Assembly (NCBI GenBank): GCA_964035545.1
Contig: OZ037771.1
Location: 3,669,628-3,733,627, forward strand
Length of the DNA stretch: 64,000 bases
Origin: Bugula neritina
Lineage: Eukaryota; Animalia; Bryozoa
Direction of reading: 5' to 3'
How positions within the stretch are numbered: position 1 is the stretch's first letter; the number at the start of each line of letters is the position of its first letter. Made by a program: the position numbers and the translations under genes. Of this stretch, positions 54,597 through 64,000 are shown piece by piece. The notes below the pieces were generated by a model that was not told the DNA's origin, searched no databases, and was given only the letters and a program-made list of their open reading frames with translations.

Positions 54597-56355
54597 GACT
54601 TCTTTTCTACTAACCAATTAAATGAGGAATTCATTAATAGTTAGCTCATGTATTGACATGCTTGTAGTATAAAATTGCCTACATATTATTTCTCATGATA
54701 CAAGAAAACCCTATGCACGTATATTCCCTAGTTTTGGAGTTATAATCCCACGATTAAAATAAAAAATCTGGTAATATATTCTCTTAGCTAGTAGAGCAGT
54801 TTGTAATTTTATATTACGTTACCTATTAGTAAACTTTTATAATCACATTGCTATATCATCCATAAGAATGTTTTTTTTTAATTTAACACCAAGTGCATTT
54901 TTATAAATAAATCTATGTGTAGGGCGCATATAATATAATATGATCAATTTACAAAAATAAATTATCAATAAATGACTTTTTCCTATATAAATTCAGCTTT
55001 TAATAAGTGCATGATGTAGAAAGATTCGGTTTAAGACTAGTAGTTAGTATACACTAGTAAATACAAAAAACAAAAACAAGTAGAAATGATTGTTGTAATT
55101 AATTATATTTTTAGAACTAAAACATGTTATTCAATGGCAATAGATATCCATTATGTAACAACAGCCTTCTTGGCTAATAGTTACTGAACACATGTCTCTT
55201 TAGAAGTAATAAAGCAGCTGTGATCTAGTGGTTACAGCACTAGTTGCAAATTACCAGGTCTGAAGGAGTGGTTTATAATAGCCCCTGTGCCACAGCAAAA
55301 GCCATGTCCTCAGTTTAAAAACCTTGACTATACGAGTTTTTCACACAAATGGAGACTTAAAACGAATACAAGTTCATAGTTGGATAGTATCGCAGTTAGA
55401 AATTTTCTACCCTGAAGCGTGTTCAAATGAAGTAATACTTGAGAGTTGTGAGCTCTTGAGTTGATTTGTTATACAGTTCAAATGGTGAGCCATAGCATCA
55501 TTGCTGCACCTGTTATAAACTTATATTATATAACATAATATTCATACACATTTAATCTGTGCTAAGGAAATAACTCTCAAATTAGGACATAGTTGTGGTT
55601 ATACACTTGAGGACTTATCATCACTATTCAGTATGCAAAATATTGAAAATTATATCACAACAATTACCCAACTATAATATATATACTTGTAAACAACAGC
55701 TTATTGCTTGTCCAGAATTACATTTTCAACCAATAATACTAAATAAAGAATATCAAAAAAACTACCATAAAGCTAAAACTCTAAGGTCATTTTTGTTTTA
55801 TACTCGTTTGGAAACACAATACTGAAACCTGTAGTAGTTCTATTACTACTGCATTTCAACAGGTTTTATGTCTGTCTAGAAGCAAAATCTCAATGGTATC
55901 TGAGTTAATAGCCCAGATATTATTCTTTGCAGACAGAATATTTGTAAATGTCCAGTTTCAGGCACCTACCACAGATTTTTTGTAAAATCAGCTAATTTGG
56001 TCAAATCATGTGTTAATAAATTGACTTCAAAAATTCATTAGAGACTTTTTTGTAGTGACTTGAGAACTTAGGAGTTATCTTATTTAGCAGAAGCGTTATT
56101 GTTGAACAATTAAGGGTTCATTGCCATAAACAGTTTTTAGCATATTTCCTTTACACACATACACTAGCTAATACACATGCAGGCTATTCCCAGGGTAGTT
56201 ATTGAACCCATTCTACACATTCCTCACTGTATAATATTATTATGACTGAGCTGATAACATTGGCTCAAGTGCTATCATATTTCACAGATAAATAACATTA
56301 TCAGGTTAGCAGTGACAGTCAGTTGGTAACTGCAGACAGATCTGTGAGGTTTGAC

Positions 56356-59300
56356 ATGACAGATCAGGTGACATCATGTAAGTAGGCTACTAGTTTCTGG
56401 GCTCTTAGTTTCCACTCTAAAAATAAAGTTTTGGTAAAACACTGAACTGCCATTTCCTACATACATTGCTATAGCGTACTTTATGGTTAGTTGTAAGTTA
56501 CACAAATGCATTCTACAGCTAGTATTCTGATGTAGATATCCCTTTGGTTGAGCCAGCCTCTCTCGAAGATTTATCTCAGATATCTAATGAACTCAGACTT
56601 GGTATTGCTGAACATGAAAACAAAGACTATTTGGGTAACCTGACACATATGGTGAATAGTGGTGCTAGGGCTAAAATGCAATTTTATGGAGAACTAAAGC
56701 ATTTATGCCATTGGAATTATTCCACTACCCTACCTAAAGGAACAGCCCTGATAAAAAAATATTTTTGGTCAACATGGTATAGTGGTTTTCAGAGTAACAC
56801 CAATGCAGCTTTGACCAAGTGCCTTTCCTAACATCACCAATGGCCCTAATGGAGGGTCTATCTACCCCCCCCCCTGCCAACAAGCAGGTGCTCTACTCAC
56901 TTGTGTCTTTTCTAGAATTTATAAGAATACATTGACTGAATGTGTTAGCACAGTGGTTTATAGTAGAAATAACCAATTTTGCTTTCACACCCAGTACATT
57001 TTGGTAAATGTTAATTGACATTACCAACTTAGTTAGTTATTTGCAAATCTTACAGAGGTCGTAAATGGTTGGCTAAAGAGTTGTGATAGCTTGCGACTGA
57101 TTGAAGAGGAAAGAGTGCCTGTCCTGTATCCAAGGATTTCAGGAGTGAAGCCTGCAAGGAAGGATAACCCCTACAATGCATGGTAATATGTTTTAAACGT
57201 TTTAATATTATTCTAAAATACCAGTCTGGCACAGGACACAGCATTGGATGATGATGTAATAATAGCCAAATATCAGTGTGAAACAAATCTTATGGTTTGA
57301 TGGCTTTATTATATACTACTATACTATACCCTACTATAATCACATAAGTTTATAGTCACCATCCCTGTACTATACCCTACTATACTCTATACTATACCCT
57401 ACTATACTACACCACACTACACCACACTACACTACACTATACTACACTACTCTACTCTACTCTATACTATACTATTATGCTCTACTTTAGCTTAGTGTAC
57501 TTTACTCTACACTTTTTCAGTTTACTTTAATTGCACGCTGTTCTAATTTAAACTTCCCAATAACTGTGAAAGGTTAATACACAGAAATACCATCTTTTAG
57601 GGCAACGAAGGTAACAATAAAAGGAGAAGACTCTGGACTTTTGGCTGGGAAAACTGTTGCTATAAAAGACAATGTGTTTGTAGCTGGAACTCCTCTAACG
57701 AATGGCTCTAAGATATGGGAGGGGTACACCCCAGAGTTTGATGGTACAGTGGTTACTAGGATACTACAAGCAGGTAAAATTTTAAATGAAGTGAACTTCG
57801 TAGGTTAAAAGTTGTTCTGCAGCGTAATTTTGTTTACTGAAATTAGTGTTTATTTAAAAACGCAGTCATAGATTCATAGAAACCTTTTGTGAAACTCATC
57901 TTGCTGTAAGAAAGGAGATAAATCAGCAATCTGCTCATAAACAGGTAATAGAATAAGCTCATGCATTTGCCAGGAACAACTTCTATTATGTGTAAATACT
58001 TTTCCTGTTTTTTTATGTGGTAACAGCAATGATCTAAGGGTTGGAACACTGGCTTAGTAAACACGAGGTCAGTGGTTTGAAGCCCAGTAAAGACCATTGG
58101 TGATGTTAGAAAGAGTATCCAGTCATAATTTTTCTCTTGTAATAGAAAACAAGTTCTTAGCATCTCTTATAAAATAATCTGGCGATAAATTACATTATAC
58201 TTACATAGAATATTATATAACATAAGGTGGTACTATTCTGGGGAAATCAACATGCGAGAATCAGTGCTGTTCAGGAAACAGTTTTACCAGTGCCAGTGGC
58301 CCGGTTCTGAATCCTGCAGACCAGACCAGATCTACTGGAGGCTCTAGCTCTGGAAGTGCAGCTCTTGTAAGTGTGTCTTTATCCAAGCCCCTGAATATAT
58401 GTGTTGTTAGAACCCAGGTCAAAAAGGTTTCCACTGTGCAACATTTGTTAGTGTTTTGGTAGAGTGAGATGTTAGAGTAATGTTGTGATCAAATTTTGGT
58501 GTTTTCATATCTTCAATAAAATGCACAACTTGCGAAATCATGAAGTAGATATGCTATTCCCTTCAAATGGACACTTGTTAAATAGCTAAGATATTTTATT
58601 TTTGTAGATAGCCGCTGGGGAAGTGGAAATGGCTATTGGTGGAGATCAGGGGGGTTCTATACGCCTCCCCAGCAGCTGGTGTGGATGCGTAGGACTGAAG
58701 CCAACATTTGGTTTGGTGCCTGTAACAGGTTCTTTAGGTAACGGAAGCTTTTAGGTGTTAACAAGTTAAAAAAAATGTTATAAAAAATATTTTATTGCAT
58801 AAACTTTGCATTTTAGATAAAATATCTGTTGCTATAATAATACAATAAAACCATACGTCATGTATTATATAATTTAATATTGTGACTAGTCACATCATCA
58901 TCATAGCAGTCTGTGGTGCAACAATGACTGATTTTAATTTGGTTCAATCAAACATCTCTATCTGCTTTTACATTTAACCCTCCTTTGCCAGCTATCTTTA
59001 TCCATGTCTATCCTTTTCATATTTCGCTTTACTGTGTCTTTAAATCTCAATCTGGGCCTTCCTTGGTTACGTTTACCTTTTTTCAGTTGCGAATAAAGAA
59101 ATTGTCTAGAAAATTGGCTATGGTCCATCCTCTCGAGATGTCCTAGCCATTTCAAGTTCATTTAAATGAGGATAGATTTTAGAGATTAGTAAATTACTGC
59201 ACAAGTTTAATAATGATTGTCAGAATTTCTCAGGTATGGAGCCTTCGTTTGATCACCTCGGCCCAATGGCCTCTAATGTTACTGACGTAGCAAAGCTGTT

Positions 59301-62300
59301 AGAGGTCATTGCAGGATATGATGGCGGGAGAGATCATAGACAAAATCCTCACGTGACAATACCTAAATACAGTCGATTGGTAAGTTTCCATACAGCCACT
59401 TGTTCAAACATTACCTGTACCGCTGCAATACATTATGGGAATAACAGGAAGTACTGCAATACATTATGGGAAGTACTGTAATGGAAGTACTGTAATAAAC
59501 TTGTTGCCACTCTGATTACACTAAGCACATCATATTCTATGCTTCATTTAACACCATACAAGCTTTATTGAGCAGGCAATAAAATATTATGTTTTAGTTA
59601 CAAGCCCTACATCTGCACTTTATACATTCATTACAGCTGTGACAGATTTCAGTAAAGTTATTTTATGATTTCAGCTGAAAGGAGATTTGACTGGTGTTAA
59701 GTTGGGCTATGTTAAAGAGGGATATGAACATGCTACTCCTGGAGTTAAGTCAGCAATGGCTGACGTAATAAATCTGATGACCAACTGTGGTGCTGTTGTT
59801 GAAGAAGTCAGCATTCCTTTACACCTTCAGTGTATGTGCCTACTTACTTACTTCCTTACTTACTTATTTACCTACTTACTTACATACTTATTTACTTACT
59901 TACTTACTTACTTATTTACTTTTCTGTCAACATATCTACCTACACCCTGTCCTCCGTCACTCTCTATTTTCTTATTCATTTTAAGGTTTTTCAGGGGTGA
60001 ATGCATTATACTAATGTATCTTCACTTAAGCGCTCTTCCACATATCTTATAGCAGTTGAAGTCTAAACAATCTGGTTAATGTCTCTCACAGCTAACGCTA
60101 GTCTGTTATCATATTGAGAAAGAAAAACTGTTGTCCTTAATCTCTACTCATTGTATATAATAGGCCTATATAACATCCATAAGCTTAGATAGCTTCTGTA
60201 TACGGAGACATGGGCATAGTTACTCTCTTGTCAACATTACTATCAATTCACACAGCAGGTTAAACTTATTAGTAAACTATATATAAATAAAATTATAAGG
60301 TATTTCTAACCTACGAAAGCTGCTTTGGTTTATCTATAGTTATCTTCTCCTGGCATAGATTACTTTTATCTATAATACTGTTTATTAGAGATAGTATTTC
60401 CACAGTACACCAGCATAATATGTCTGTATCACTTGGGACAGGGAGAAAACAACTGCTGTTTTCCTCCTTGTCTGTTGCTGTACTTATCATCATTACATAA
60501 TATTCTATTATTACAGTACTATAGTATTAGTACATAACTTTATTATACTATTATACTATCCTATTATATTATTATATTACATTCTTTTATTATAATATAT
60601 TATTACATTATATCATTAGTATAATATTACACCATTATAGGACACTGTTATATTGCCCTCCTATATTGAATTATTGTAATATATCAATATATTGTATAAA
60701 TATAATATATTTTTTATTTATTATTACATAATTATGTTATACAAAAATATAGTATATTTCATATCATATTATCATATTGCACTTGAACAAGCACCAAATA
60801 AAAGTTATTTCTGGTGTGCTAGCTTTAGAACCACAGTTATGCATATTTCAGGTGGTCCATTGTTTACCATCATCCTAGCCTCCTTTTACCACAGTATGAT
60901 AGAATGCAATGGGCAACCCCCAGGCTACAATGAGCTGTACAGTGTATCGGCAATGCAGCATTTCAAACAGGCATTCAAGGTACAGAAAAGGAAAAGCTTA
61001 GAAAAGTTGTATTTGCTTATAAAATATGATATACATGTATATGCATAAAATCATAAATTTATATCATGTGTGTTGAAGGTAAGTGTTTACAATGTATGCT
61101 TATTAAAAAGAACATTTGGTAACTTTTTATTGTAGGTATAAACAAAAAATTCCCAACTCTGCAAAATCGGCTGAAAATTCAAAATTCAAGTAATTTATTC
61201 AATTAGTATACAAAGTTTTTATACAAAAATTACTATTAATTATATTGGTTTTAATATTTGCTTATAACACAAAGAAGGTGGAAAGAATCTATCAAAAGTT
61301 TGATTTTCACCTAAGTTTCACCTATATTTCCTAAGCTCTCTATTACTAGTTGTTTATGACCTGTACACAGCTTTACTTATATCTTCTTTGTTTATACAGC
61401 ATATTTTTATAATAGAAGCACTTGTGAATATTCAAAGTAAAAGTATATAATACCATAGTGTAAACTGTAAGAAACTGTGCTCCAACTTCAACATGAAATC
61501 ACTATAACTCAGTTAACTGTGTTGTATTATGCAGTCCAGGGCTCATGACGTTTCACCAACTATCAAAGCTGTATCCTTATTTGGAGAATATTTAAAAAGA
61601 AAAGATGGTAAGGTTACTACATTTCAACTTTTTTGTTTGCTCATGAAAGTGGGTGTTGCATTTTAGAATTATAATGCTTAAATCAAAGTTTTAAATATTT
61701 TTTCTATTGCTTGTTTAGTTTTTTTCAGTCTACTTATTAGTTCAGTGTGTTATATGGAGTGGTGTCGAAATTTGAGGCTGCATTTCAGTTTTATGAGCAA
61801 GCTCTGTACACCTTTTCCTATAGACTTTGATCTAAGGGTAATATCATAAACCTGTATTTTATTATGCATTCCGTATCACCTTGATATTGGAGCTGAGTTT
61901 TTAATAAAATTTCCGAGAATATAATTAAACTCAAGATTTCTTGCATAAAACATATAACAAGAATTTGGCTGAGTATAAAGTTTATATGTAATAAAATGAT
62001 AAAGTTTTTTCTGCTTTTAACCTGTGGTACCAACTATGAGTGGGTCTTTGTGATTATTTGAATTGCATCATAACTATTGATCAAATATAAAAAACTATTT
62101 AGCAAATAAGAGCCGACATTGTAATGGAGTTGTCTTTCCAATGCAGTCCATGTCAGTTTTACATAGTCTGTAATAAAAAAAAGGGTGATGATTCCATTAG
62201 CTAAAAGTTAAAATGCCACTACATTAATATGCTAATTACTGCCAATATACTTTCAGGAAGTGCACTAGTTGGTCGCGCTATGAACTGCAGGCCTGTACTA

Positions 62301-63755
62301 AGAAAAGCGTATAACGATATGCTGGAGAAATACGATGCCCTGATTATGCCAACCATACCTTTTGTTGCTGCTAAACTACCTACAGCTGAGCTAACTCCAG
62401 CAGGTAAGATGTGCCATTCGTTAGTCAAGTAACTCTTTTAACTAGAAGTCAACTTTATCACAAAGCTTTTATAAAGAAGACAACCCCTAAATCGAAAGGA
62501 AAACTGTTATTTCAGTTTTCTACAGTATATACAGAGAAGCAGATTTGTAGCATCAAAGCATATATTTATTCAAAATTTGAGAAATAAGCTGTCTTTTAAA
62601 TATGATGACCCTGAACTAAGGCAGACTAAAAGTTAAAAACTCAAAAAAATCTAAAAATATAAATTTATGCATTTAATTATCTCTTCATTACATTAAAATT
62701 AGACGCTTTATCTAATTTTTCAATTAAAATAAAGTATAATATAGCAAAGTAATTTTCACTATAATGTGTGTACAACTTTATAGTCTTTTTAATTTTCAAC
62801 TTGTCGAAAATCCAAAATAATTATATACTATGAAACTATTTTACTGATACTTCAGTTCAGACAAGAGCAACAATATTTAACTCACTACCAACACATTTTA
62901 CTGACTTATTCTATTTTATTGATTTGTAGAGTGTGTGGAACAGACACTGTTCAACACAGGAAACACAGCACCGTTCAATCTGAGTGGTCATCCCGCTCTA
63001 ACCATCAACGTCGGGAATGTTGTTCCCGAAGATGCAGACGTATGTGTAGTTCTTGTCTAGTGTTAGTTTTGTTGTTGATCCAAAATCCAAAATTTAGAAT
63101 GTGTTATTTGAGAAAAAGTAGTTGTGTTGGAAGTATTTTTAGTTGACATCTTTATTTGATGTTATTATATTTATTGGATATCAGTATTAATGTATAATAT
63201 AGTAATACATAAATATAGCCTATAGTATGTTATATATCATATGAAATATTGATATAGCACGATGAAATATTATTGCAATAATATTAATATAATATAGTAA
63301 AAGCAAAGTACAATAATATTAACATATAATATAGTGAAACATTTTTATATTACCTTATTAATATATTTATTGTGTATTGATAGTAATATATAATGTAGTA
63401 ATATTAATTTGTTGGTGAAGATTGATGCATATTTTATATTAAAAGCAACCAATTTGACAAATATGCAAATTATAACATGGAAGCCTATAGTTATGTTTTA
63501 ATATCAACACAGAAGAAAAACATTAGGCTAATATTTTGTACATATTTTGTAATAAATACATTTTAATCAATTTCAATTTTTTCACGTTACTTTAGATTGT
63601 GCAGCTGCCTTTCAATTTTGTAGCCAATGAAATTAGATGATGCTACCAAATTGCCTGTGGGCCTACAAATTGTGTGCAAGCACTACGAAGAGGCAAAACT
63701 TTTGGATATTGCTTTTGGAGTAGAGAAGATAATGGCCCAAGGGTTCAAAGTCTAG
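56356..63755 (+). CDS. Amidase signature family hydrolase, copy 3 (13 exons, altered last codons)
   Basis: Same exon set; starts MTDQVTSYIPLV, contains GGDQGGSIR, ends MAQGFKV* because of a +1 indel near 63740. Confidence 0.9.
58891..59175 (-). mobile_element. 5'-truncated RTE-clade LINE 3' end, copy-3-specific insertion in intron 6
   Basis: [10 protein letters not shown]...[29 protein letters not shown] is the RTE ORF C-terminus, followed by a (GAT)n tail; absent in copies 1 and 2. Confidence 0.88.
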
Positions 63756-64000
63756 CCTATAAGACTGCATTTCAACTGATTAATTAAGGGGGAAAACTGA
63801 GTACTTAGCTCATGTATTTACATGTGTGTAGTATAAAACTGCCTACATATTATTTCATATTATACAAGCAAACCTTATGCACATTCCCTAGTTTTGGAGT
63901 TATAATTCCATGGTAAAAATAAAAAAATCTGGTAATAATATATTTTCTTAGCTAGTAGAGTAGTTTGTAGTTTTATATTATGTTATTAGTAGATTTTTAT

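Noticed and set aside
2133-58130. Apparent + strand bias of SINE copies
   Set aside because: Several copies derive from the tandem duplication and minus-strand fragments exist; too few independent events.

Overview
AT-rich, intron-rich invertebrate animal genomic DNA, so the ORF track captures only exon fragments; exons were assembled by hand from splice sites and reading phase. In order: (1) the last two exons of a torsin AAA+ ATPase gene (+); (2) an 18-exon, ~1270-aa type I membrane mucin (+) with signal peptide, IgGFc-binding (FCGBP N-terminal) domain, DxDxDG-type acidic repeats, Thr-rich stalk, TM helix and Ser/Pro-rich tail; (3) UTP18 (-, 14 coding exons); (4) MBLAC1 (+, 6 exons), head-to-head with UTP18; (5) three tandem 13-exon amidase-signature hydrolase genes (+) resembling the prokaryotic CX3C (Rhodococcus AmdA-like) group. 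Introns and spacers carry a tRNA-Thr-derived SINE family, RTE LINE fragments, several MITE/fold-back elements and microsatellites. Best leads: (a) the mucin reads like a protease-processed, ubiquitin-regulated receptor, with two furin sites inserted inside the FCGBP domain and a DSGxxS degron in the tail; (b) the amidase triplet shows substitutions near catalytic motifs, one exon identical across copies, a MITE replacing a putative ARE in one promoter, and a C-terminal frameshift in copy 3; (c) an orphan exon-like island sits in 3-periodic DNA between UTP18 and MBLAC1. Family assignments come from recalled motifs, not database searches.
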